Made by a program: the position numbers and the translations under genes. Below, piece after piece: positions 1 through 7,547 of a stretch of DNA of 33,472 bases. Below the pieces are notes generated by a model that ran no database searches, had not been told where the DNA came from, and saw only the letters and a program-made list of their open reading frames with translations. The DNA comes from Planctomycetota bacterium. Lineage in GTDB: Bacteria > Planctomycetota > SZUA-567 > H5-PLA8. Each line of letters opens with the position of its first letter. The stretch's first letter is position 1. The stretch covers positions 1 through 33,472 of the forward strand of contig JBBRPR010000082.1 in assembly GCA_038227875.1 (NCBI GenBank), in the 5' to 3' direction.

Positions 1-321
1 ATCCGCAGCCAGTCATTAGTGTAGCTCGTCGTCGCTACCAAAATGATCCGCATCTATTCAGGCTCGATATCCAAATGAAACGTTCAGCTTGAAGTACCTT
101 TCGCTCTTTTACAACCTGTCCGTCGATGCCAACCCGCTCCGAGATACTCCGTTTCCACGTTTCCAGTCGTCCTATGAAAAACGGCAAATTTCGGGGCGGG
201 CAGGTCTTTTACTGCTATTCCGAATTCGCTTGGCCGCAACAGTCTGAACATGGGACGGACACCTAAAGAAAAAATTCAACGCATTTCGGACACAAGAAAC
301 TAGTTACTAGAAGTGATAAAT

Positions 322-354
322 TGTTGTGTATACTCTGTTGTGTAAACGTTGTGT
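322..354 (+). repeat. Three direct repeats (T/C)GTTGTGT, candidate tyrosine-integrase arm-type sites
   Basis: TGTTGTGTA at 322-330 and 336-344, CGTTGTGT at 347-354, in AT-rich DNA about 25 bp upstream of the tRNA fragment. Confidence 0.6.
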
Positions 355-378
355 GAGATCGAATACATGATAGGTAGA

Positions 379-426
379 CGGTGACTCTTAATCACCGGGT
401 CGAAGGTTCGAGTCCTTCAGGGCGCA
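379..426 (+). tRNA. 3' fragment of tRNA-Lys(CTT), lacking the D-arm and 5' acceptor strand; probable att-site duplication
   Basis: Anticodon arm GGTGA-CTCTTAA-TCACC, variable region GGGTC, T-arm GAAGG-TTCGAGT-CCTTC, 3' acceptor strand AGGGCGC-A. No complementary GCGCCCT-like 5' strand or TAGCTCA D-arm upstream. Confidence 0.85.
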
Positions 427-686
427 CTTTCTTTAGAACATCCACTTCCCCGCTTCCGTCAATTCTCCTATGAGAATAACCACTCTTGACGCTCGCGTTG
501 TTTTTTCGCGACTTTTTTCGTGTGAATATGTGGCGGTGTGCAAGCGACACTGTCATAGAGCATGAAAAGCGCGCCTGATTACGCCCCGCGTCACTTCCGT
601 TACGGCACCACTTTGTCCCCCACCCCTCGCGCGCCAGCGTGCTTACTTTTGAAATGCGCAAGCGGGGAGCGCTTCCACTGTTGACT

Positions 687-714
687 TTCGACATTCGACA
701 CTCGACATTCGACG
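687..714 (+). repeat. Heptamer tandem repeat (TTCGACA)x4, imperfect
   Basis: TTCGACA TTCGACA CTCGACA TTCGACG, ending 26 bp upstream of the putA ATG. Confidence 0.85.
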
Positions 715-740
715 ATTGCCGGGGGGCATGGAGGGCGAGC

Positions 741-3701
741 ATGATTCAAGAGAGCGCCATTGAACCGCGTGTGCAGCAACTGGGTCGGGAAGTGTTCGCC
801 AAAGTCAGAGCGCGCAAGCAGAAGGCCGCTGGCGCGTGGTGGAATTCGAAATTGATCGAACACTCGTTGAAAGACGAGGCGCTGAAAGTTCAACTCTTCC
901 GCTTCACCGACGTTTTGCCGATGCTCAAGGACAGCAAGCAGGTCGCGCGGCATCTCAACGAATATTTCAACTCGCCGGGCCAGTCATTTCCGGGCTTCAT
1001 GAGCTGGGGCGCGTCGCTGGCGGGGCTCTCGTCACTGACGGCCGGGATCGGCGCGGCGGCGATTCGCAAATCGGTCGAAGACATGGCCCGGGGTTTCATC
1101 GCCGGAAGTTCGCCGGCCGACGCGATCAAGGCGGTTGCGGCCTACCGCAAGAAAAATCTGACGGCCACGTTCGATCAGCTCGGAGAGGCTGTCGTCAGCG
1201 AAGGTGAAGCGGACGTGTGCTTCAAAAAGTACATGGATCTGCTGGATGAACTCGGTCGCGTCGCGCCGTCGTGGCCGGCCAATCCGCTGATCGATTCCGA
1301 CGCGAAAGGCGCGATTCCGCGGATCAACATTTCCGTGAAGCTCTCGTCGCTCAATTCGCAGCTGGACCCGATCGACCCGGCCGGAAGCCTGCGCGGCGCG
1401 GCCAAGCGGCTGGAGGCGCTCTTCGACCGCGCGATGGCGGTCAACGCGTTCGTCAACATCGACATGGAAGATTTCCGGCTCAAGGATCTGACGCTCAGTA
1501 TATTTAAAGCGACAACCGGCGCGGCAAAGTACCGGACGTACAAGCATTTTGGCATCGTCCTGCAGGCGTACTTGAAGGAGACGTCGGCGGATCTCGCGCA
1601 ACTGGCCGAATGGGCCAAACAGCGTGGCACGCCGGTGACGGTGCGGCTGGTGAAGGGCGCGTACTGGGATTTTGAGACGATCCACGCGCGGCAGCACGGC
1701 TGGCCGGTGCCGGTCTTTACTCATAAATGGGAGACCGACGCGAATTTCGAGCTCTGTGCGCGCCAGTTGCTGGATGCGTACCCGTATCTGGAACCGGCGT
1801 TCGGTTCGCACAATATCCGCAGCGTGGTCGCGGCACTGGCGTACGGCGAAGCGCTGCAACTGCCGAAAAACGCGCTCGAAATTCAGGGGCTCTACGGCAT
1901 GGCCGACCCCTTAAAGGAAGCGCTGGCGGAATCCGGTTACCGCGTGCGCGTCTACATGCCCTATGGCGAATTGCTGCCGGGGATGGCGTACCTGGTGCGC
2001 CGGCTGCTTGAGAACACGGCCAACGATTCGTTTCTGCGGCAGGGTTTTGTCGAAAATGTGAGCGAGGACAAGCTGCTGGCCAAACCGCACGGACCCACGT
2101 CGCCCAGCGCCTCTCCGCCGACGACCACCTTCGTGAACGAACCGGACACGGCGTTCATCAAGGAGAAAGACCGCACGGATTTTCAGGCGGGCCTCGCTGC
2201 CGTGCGCAAGCAATTGGGCAAGCAGTGGCCATTGGTGATCGACGGCAAAGATGAAGCGGGCGAGGACGGCGAGATTCAGTCTCTCAACCCCTGTCGCCAC
2301 GCGGAAGTGGTCGGCCGGGTCGCGAAAGCTTCAGTCGCACAAACGGAACGCGCGATCGCGGCGGCGCGCAAGGCGTTTCCGGCGTGGCGCGATCTGGGGG
2401 TGCAGACCCGCGCGGGAATTCTGCGCAAAGCTGCCGCGCTGATGCGGCAGCAGCGCTTTGAACTCTGCGCTTGGGAAGTGCTCGAAGCGGCCAAGCCGTG
2501 GCGCGAAGCGGACGGCGACGTCGCGGAGGCGATCGACTTCTGCGAGTATTACGCGACCCATGCGGAAAAGCTGATGACCCTCGAGAAGCACTCGCAGGTC
2601 CCGGCGGAAGTCAACGAGTACAGCTACCAGCCGCGCGGCGTCGCGGCGATCATCGCGCCGTGGAATTTTCCGCTCGCGATTTTGACCGGCATGGCGGCCG
2701 CGGCGCTGGTGACGGGAAACACGATTCTGATCAAACCGGCCGAGCAGACGCCCGTGATCGGCGCGCTGCTGATGCGGATACTTAAGCAGGCCGGCGTTCC
2801 CGCTGGCGCGGCGCAGTTTGTTTCCGGAGCGGGCGAGCTGGTTGGTGCTCACATGGTCACACATCCGCAGGTGAACCTGATCGCGTTCACGGGGAGCAAG
2901 GATGTCGGACTGTGGATCAACGCCGAAGCGGCGAAAACGCGGCAGGGGCAGCAGGGCGTCAAAAAAGTGATCTGCGAAATGGGCGGCAAGAATGCGATCA
3001 TCGTCGATGAGGACGCGGATCTCGACGAAGCTGTCCAGGGCGTGATCGAGAGCACGTTCGGCTACGCCGGCCAGAAGTGCTCCGCCTGCTCGCGCGCAAT
3101 CGTGGTCGGCAGCGCATACGAACCGTTTGTCCGGCGGCTGCTCGAGGCGGCGTCGAGTCTCTACGTCGCGGCGGCCGACGATCCCGGCTGCCGCGTGCCG
3201 GCCGTGATCGACGCCGAAGCGCAGAAACGGATCCTCGGGCTGATCGAGATCGGCAAGAAGGAAGCGAAGCTCGCCTACCAGATGGAAGCGGCGCGCGTGC
3301 CGGTCGGCGGAGCGTTCGTGCCGCCGACGGTGTTTATCGACGTCCCGCACACGGCGCGGATCGCTCAGGAAGAAATCTTCGGACCAGTCTTGAGCGTGCT
3401 GAAAGCGGCGACGTTCGACGCGGCGCTGGAGATGGCGCTCGACGTTCCCTACGCGCTGACCGGCGCAATCTATTCGCGCAGCCCGGCAGACATCGCGGCG
3501 GCGCGCGAGAAATTCCGCGTCGGCAACCTGTACATCAACCGCGGATCGACCGGCGCGAAGGTCTGCCGGCAGCCATTCGGCGGATTCAAGATGTCGGGGA
3601 TCGGTTCGAAAGCCGGCGGCGGCGATTACCTGCTGCAATTCGTGGAACCGCGCACGGTGACAGAGAACACGCTGCGCCGCGGGTTCGCGCCGGCGGAGTA
3701 G
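741..3701 (+). CDS. putA: Bifunctional proline dehydrogenase / glutamate-semialdehyde (P5C) dehydrogenase
   Basis: PRODH motifs (VNIDME, VRLVKGAYWD, SHN, LYGM, AYLVRRLLENTAN) followed by ALDH motifs (PWNFPLAI, FTGS, EMGGKN, GQKCSA, EEIFGP, QPFGG). ATG 741 follows GGAGG; the ORF-track extension to 639 reads through the heptamer repeat. Confidence 0.97.
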   Translation: MIQESAIEPRVQQLGREVFAKVRARKQKAAGAWWNSKLIEHSLKDEALKVQLFRFTDVLPMLKDSKQVARHLNEYFNSPGQSFPGFMSWGASLAGLSSLTAGIGAAAIRKSVEDMARGFIAGSSPADAIKAVAAYRKKNLTATFDQLGEAVVSEGEADVCFKKYMDLLDELGRVAPSWPANPLIDSDAKGAIPRINISVKLSSLNSQLDPIDPAGSLRGAAKRLEALFDRAMAVNAFVNIDMEDFRLKDLTLSIFKATTGAAKYRTYKHFGIVLQAYLKETSADLAQLAEWAKQRGTPVTVRLVKGAYWDFETIHARQHGWPVPVFTHKWETDANFELCARQLLDAYPYLEPAFGSHNIRSVVAALAYGEALQLPKNALEIQGLYGMADPLKEALAESGYRVRVYMPYGELLPGMAYLVRRLLENTANDSFLRQGFVENVSEDKLLAKPHGPTSPSASPPTTTFVNEPDTAFIKEKDRTDFQAGLAAVRKQLGKQWPLVIDGKDEAGEDGEIQSLNPCRHAEVVGRVAKASVAQTERAIAAARKAFPAWRDLGVQTRAGILRKAAALMRQQRFELCAWEVLEAAKPWREADGDVAEAIDFCEYYATHAEKLMTLEKHSQVPAEVNEYSYQPRGVAAIIAPWNFPLAILTGMAAAALVTGNTILIKPAEQTPVIGALLMRILKQAGVPAGAAQFVSGAGELVGAHMVTHPQVNLIAFTGSKDVGLWINAEAAKTRQGQQGVKKVICEMGGKNAIIVDEDADLDEAVQGVIESTFGYAGQKCSACSRAIVVGSAYEPFVRRLLEAASSLYVAAADDPGCRVPAVIDAEAQKRILGLIEIGKKEAKLAYQMEAARVPVGGAFVPPTVFIDVPHTARIAQEEIFGPVLSVLKAATFDAALEMALDVPYALTGAIYSRSPADIAAAREKFRVGNLYINRGSTGAKVCRQPFGGFKMSGIGSKAGGGDYLLQFVEPRTVTENTLRRGFAPAE

Positions 3702-3741
3702 GCGGCATCGAGTTCGCGAGTTGGGCGTGCTCCTGGATTGT

Positions 3742-4689
3742 TCATTTCGGCGACAATATCGGGTAGGCGTCTCCCGGATCGTAGGCGTAGGTCCCGTCAT
3801 CACGATCCGCGCGCAAGGATAACCGGCGGTATTCGCGTGGCGTCATCTGCTTGATCTGGCGGAACTGCTCGTTGAAATTCGAAATGTTGTTGAAGCCCGC
3901 GTCGTATGCGATCTGCGTAATGCTGGCATCGGTCTCGAGCAGTGCGCGGCAGACGCGGCCGATGCGCAGCTCGTTGACGTATTCGACGTACGTCTTTCCC
4001 AGGCAGCGCTTGAAAAACCGGCTGAAGGCCTGCGGCGAAAAGCGCAGTAGTTTGGCCATCGCGTGCTGCGAGGGAATCTCATCCATGTGCGCGTGGATCA
4101 GGTTCAGCACCTGGTTCACTTTCTGGTTGGCGCGTTCGCTTAAAAGGGGCGCGTAGTCGGCGACGGTGATCGGCGAAAGCTCACGGCTCTCCGCCAGCAG
4201 CGTCAGGATTGTGACGAAGCCGTTGAGGTGCTGCAGCGAGCCGACGCGCTGGCGGCGCATCTGCAGCAGCAGTTCCGTCACCTGTTGCCGCGTCTTTCCG
4301 CGGATCTGCAGTCCGCGCGTGGACCGGCCGAGCATCTCTACTATCGGCCGCGACTCGGGCAGCGCGAGAAACGTTTCGCCGAGGCACTGCGGCAGAAACT
4401 GGATCACCATCGATCGCTCGTGCGATTTGGGAATGACCGGCGAGAACCACGTGTGCGGGAGATTGGGCCCAAGCAGGCAGAGGTCGCCTTCCTTGAATTC
4501 CTGGATCGAGTCGCCGACGAAGCGCAGGCCGCGCCCCTTGATGATCAGCGCCAGTTCCAGTTCCGGGTGGTAATGCCAGACGAACTTGTAGTAGCGCGGC
4601 CGGAATTCCAGCAATGCGAACGAGGCTTTGGCGTCGAGCGGGATGGTCTCGCGCTGGAGCCGGCGCGCGGCGGACTTGGTGATGATCAT
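3742..4689 (-). CDS. AraC-family transcriptional regulator with N-terminal cupin domain
   Basis: WHYHPELEL...GPNLPHTW cupin; C-terminal double HTH (FSRFFKR...YVNELRI...IAYDAGFNNISNFNEQF). Confidence 0.95.
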   Translation of the reverse strand: MIITKSAARRLQRETIPLDAKASFALLEFRPRYYKFVWHYHPELELALIIKGRGLRFVGDSIQEFKEGDLCLLGPNLPHTWFSPVIPKSHERSMVIQFLPQCLGETFLALPESRPIVEMLGRSTRGLQIRGKTRQQVTELLLQMRRQRVGSLQHLNGFVTILTLLAESRELSPITVADYAPLLSERANQKVNQVLNLIHAHMDEIPSQHAMAKLLRFSPQAFSRFFKRCLGKTYVEYVNELRIGRVCRALLETDASITQIAYDAGFNNISNFNEQFRQIKQMTPREYRRLSLRADRDDGTYAYDPGDAYPILSPK

Positions 4690-4725
4690 TGATGAATTAC
4701 CATTTCAGTGCCTCTGCTCTCAGTC

Positions 4726-4756
4726 ATAATGTTAAAAAACCATCGATAATAGTCAA
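4726..4756. promoter_or_regulatory. Candidate AraC direct-repeat binding site in the divergent promoter region
   Basis: ATAATGTTAA (4726) and ATAATAGTCAA (4746) start 20 bp apart; the second overlaps a minus-strand TTGACT -35-like hexamer. Confidence 0.35.
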
Positions 4757-4849
4757 GGGGCTGGTAGTGGAAGGCCCGGAATGAAGGTAGGGTCAGTCCG
4801 TCGAACACGGGTTCGGCACAATTTTCATAACAGGAGCTTTTGCGACGCT

Positions 4850-6238
4850 ATGTCCAACGCACAGAAACCCAGCACCTTTCTCATTGAGCCCGCCACACGC
4901 CCGGAACAACGCCAGGCGGCGGCCGATCGCCGCGCGAAGTACCCGTACAAGTTTCCGCGCGACACGCGGCGCCTGGGCGGGAAGTACTCCGTGGCTGAAA
5001 ATTCGCGGCGGCTTCTGCGCTTCTTCTACCTCGAACGCCGCCTCGCGCACGGTCTCGGATCGTGGACGCTGACAATTCCGGACTTCGAAGTCAAAGTGGA
5101 AACCGGCCGCCACATTTTCTGGCACGCCGATGCCTCCCGCAAACTGCGCGAACGCCTGACTGAACAAGAACGCCGCGTCGACGACATCGATAACTTCCGC
5201 GATCCGGAAATCGACCGCTTCGTCGAAGAGATGCTCTCCGCCGAAGACACGCCCGAATTGCTGATCGGCATCCACCTCGTCGCCGGCAAGGCGCTGGTCG
5301 ATGCGTACAACCACCACATCGACGACACCTGCCCCGTCGCCGATGCGCCGACGATCCGGCTGCTGCGCCAGATCCTGATCGACTACTCTTCCATGCTGGA
5401 ATGGGCCGAAGAAGTGGTCGGCGCGTACATCGCCGGCGGCGTGGACGAATCGCGCATCGAATCCTGGCGCTGGCACCTCGCGCGGTTGCTCTCCAGCATC
5501 GGCGGCGTCACCGGCGCCGACGAACGCGGCCAGTCGCCCGCGCCGCTGCGCATCGACGTCCAGCCCTACAAGCGCGGCGAAGTGCCCAAGCGCGACAGCC
5601 GCTTCGACACGTTCGTCAACACCGGCGATTACAATGTCGCCGACGGTTCACCGCGTTATCCCGCCAACACCTATGAAGACGAACGCCTGCGCTTCGTCCG
5701 CGCGCAACGCGATGAAGTCGACGCGATCGAAGCGTTCGGCACGTTTCTGTGGGACATCCGCTTCAAGGATTTCCAGGCCGAATACGATCTGGCCCGCATC
5801 ACGTGGGACGAAACGCGCCATACGGAAATCGGCTACAAGACGCTGCAGACGCTGGGCTACGACCCGTACGAGCTGCCCAATCGCCTCACCAGCAGCACGT
5901 GCCGCGGCCCGATGGAAGCCGCTTATGCGATGACGGAGATCAACCTCTTCGGCGAAGTCGGCGTGCTGAAAACCATCGGCGGCCTGATTGAACACGCGCG
6001 CAACAAGAACGATTCGGTCGTCGCGCACATCAGCGACTACATCCGTTCCGACGAACGCACGCACGTCCGCAAAGGTCAGCATGTCCTGAAATGCATGACC
6101 AACCTCGGTATGCAGGATCTGGAGATGCGCACGCGCGAACTGTTCACCGAATGCCTCGTCAGCCTCGGTGCCGTAAAGAAGGACGGCGACATCTTCACGC
6201 TCACCCGCGAAGAGATCGAGAAGTACATCGGGGAATGA
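4850..6238 (+). CDS. Ferritin-like diiron protein (DUF455-like C-terminal domain) with a long N-terminal helical domain
   Basis: C-terminal E(VDAIE)...DETRH...GEVG...DERTH pattern (E, ExxH, E, ExxH). ATG 4850 lies downstream of CAGGAG. Confidence 0.8.
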   Translation: MSNAQKPSTFLIEPATRPEQRQAAADRRAKYPYKFPRDTRRLGGKYSVAENSRRLLRFFYLERRLAHGLGSWTLTIPDFEVKVETGRHIFWHADASRKLRERLTEQERRVDDIDNFRDPEIDRFVEEMLSAEDTPELLIGIHLVAGKALVDAYNHHIDDTCPVADAPTIRLLRQILIDYSSMLEWAEEVVGAYIAGGVDESRIESWRWHLARLLSSIGGVTGADERGQSPAPLRIDVQPYKRGEVPKRDSRFDTFVNTGDYNVADGSPRYPANTYEDERLRFVRAQRDEVDAIEAFGTFLWDIRFKDFQAEYDLARITWDETRHTEIGYKTLQTLGYDPYELPNRLTSSTCRGPMEAAYAMTEINLFGEVGVLKTIGGLIEHARNKNDSVVAHISDYIRSDERTHVRKGQHVLKCMTNLGMQDLEMRTRELFTECLVSLGAVKKDGDIFTLTREEIEKYIGE

Positions 6239-6258
6239 CAGCGACGGAAGGACTGAGG

Positions 6259-6294
6259 AACAAAAACTCCCCGCTCGCGCGGGGAGTTTTTGTT
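6259..6294. terminator. Bidirectional intrinsic terminator
   Basis: AACAAAAACTCCCCGC-TCGC-GCGGGGAGTTTTTGTT, perfect 16-bp inverted repeat with A and T tracts, between convergent genes. Confidence 0.9.
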
Positions 6295-6300
6295 TCGCCA

Positions 6301-6326
6301 ACCCTGTTGCAAATTTGCAACAGGGT
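6301..6326. repeat. Perfect 26-bp palindrome
   Basis: ACCCTGTTGCAAATTTGCAACAGGGT equals its own reverse complement. Confidence 0.9.
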
Positions 6327-6388
6327 GTCTGATTTTAACCTGCGCGTAAATTTTCACACGCCGATCTCCTGTTCGCCCCTTCTCGCGA

Positions 6389-7288
6389 TTAGCGCTTTTT
6401 GTCGACGAAGATCGGGTATCGCACGTGCGGCTGGGCGATGCCTTGGAATTCCGAGAACGCCGGCGTCAGCGCTTTGTCGTCGAAGTTGTCGCCGTAATGG
6501 TAGAGCAGGGTCTTCTGCTTGATGCTCGTCGGCAGGCTGCGGCATTCGCTCAGCGTGGCGTGGACGCTGTCGGGCTGGTCGAAGAGCTGGCAATCGTGGA
6601 AGCAAATATCCGAGTCTTCCATCATGCGCACATACGCCGGGTAATCGAAGCGTGTATCGCCGGAGAAAAACGCCGAGCGGCCCTGCTTCAGATCGTTGAT
6701 GTACAGGCCGTAGCTGGGCCAGTCGTACTTGCGTTCGATGTGGACGTGATCGGTCGGAAAGATTTCGAAGTGGTAGTTGCCGAAATCGAACCGGTTCTTG
6801 CCGGGCTGGCTGCTGAGCGCCCGGATGAAAAAGTAATCCTGGAGCAGCGCGTAGCGATTCTGAATCGTGTTCAGTCCACCCTTCAACGAATGGTCCCAGA
6901 GATTGACGAGGATGTTGATCGTGCTGATCAGCTCGGCCTTGTAGGGCTTGCCCGTTTTCTTGTCGTTGAAGACGAAGGTGTTGATCAGCGCCATTTCTTC
7001 CAGGCCGCCGATGTGATCGGCGTGCTGATGCGTGACGAAGACGCGCCGGATCGCTGGGTAATTGATCATGCCCCAGGGCGTCTTGAGGTAATTGAAGCCG
7101 GGCTTCTCTTTGAGCGCGTACAGGGCGTGCGGGCCGGTGACGCCGAAGTCGACCAGCAGCGTGTCGTCGGGCGGACCGGGCGGGATTTCGCCCTCCCAAT
7201 CTTTCTCCCAGAATTCGAAGAGTGTGTTGGAGTTGAAATTTCGTTTGGCGAACGCGGCGCCAACGCCGAGGAAGGTCATCGTCAACAT
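6389..7288 (-). CDS. MBL-fold metallo-hydrolase (RNase Z/BN or phosphodiesterase-like)
   Basis: FLGVGAAF, LLVDFG, THQHADH (HxHxDH), FSGDT, FHDCQ, VHAT, YHY. ATG 7288 follows CAGGAG. Confidence 0.9.
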   Translation of the reverse strand: MLTMTFLGVGAAFAKRNFNSNTLFEFWEKDWEGEIPPGPPDDTLLVDFGVTGPHALYALKEKPGFNYLKTPWGMINYPAIRRVFVTHQHADHIGGLEEMALINTFVFNDKKTGKPYKAELISTINILVNLWDHSLKGGLNTIQNRYALLQDYFFIRALSSQPGKNRFDFGNYHFEIFPTDHVHIERKYDWPSYGLYINDLKQGRSAFFSGDTRFDYPAYVRMMEDSDICFHDCQLFDQPDSVHATLSECRSLPTSIKQKTLLYHYGDNFDDKALTPAFSEFQGIAQPHVRYPIFVDKKR

Positions 7289-7547
7289 GCTACGCTCCTG
7301 GCCATGATAGGCCGAACGTGTTTGCGGTGAGTTCACAATGGCTTGATAGCCAATGGTATTAATACCCAAAAGTATGCTTCATTTCTACCCAAAAAGGCGT
7401 GCGGATTGCCCAAAACAAGCGCGCGTCAAACCGGCAAAAATGGCCCAACGTGCAATTTCGGATGGACCCCGCAGCAATTCAACATGAGGTCGCGTCGTTC
7501 CAGTATCCGCGCTCGATCTTCTATGCCGCGGCCTCGCGAGAACGCTG

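Larger units (their letters stand above)
1..426. mobile_element. Right end (att junction) of a putative integrative element or prophage inserted in tRNA-Lys; the element body lies left of the window
   Basis: Partial tRNA 3' end, adjacent short direct repeats and visibly AT-richer DNA than the downstream genes. No integrase inside the window. Confidence 0.6.

Noticed and set aside
1..251. Short ORF fragments on both strands at the left edge
   Set aside because: All are under 60 aa with no recognisable motif; none can be chosen with support.
350..429. Complete or intron-split tRNA-Lys gene
   Set aside because: No D-arm or 5' acceptor strand. The anticodon loop is uninterrupted, unlike bacterial group I tRNA introns.
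639..740. N-terminal extension of PutA in the ORF track
   Set aside because: It translates the heptamer repeat; ATG 741 has a GGAGG RBS.
2331..3803. 490-aa antisense ORF, and similar shadows such as 10396-11262, 12177-13301 and 25201-26235
   Set aside because: They lie opposite well-supported genes, are Arg-rich and motif-free, as expected from GC-rich codon bias.
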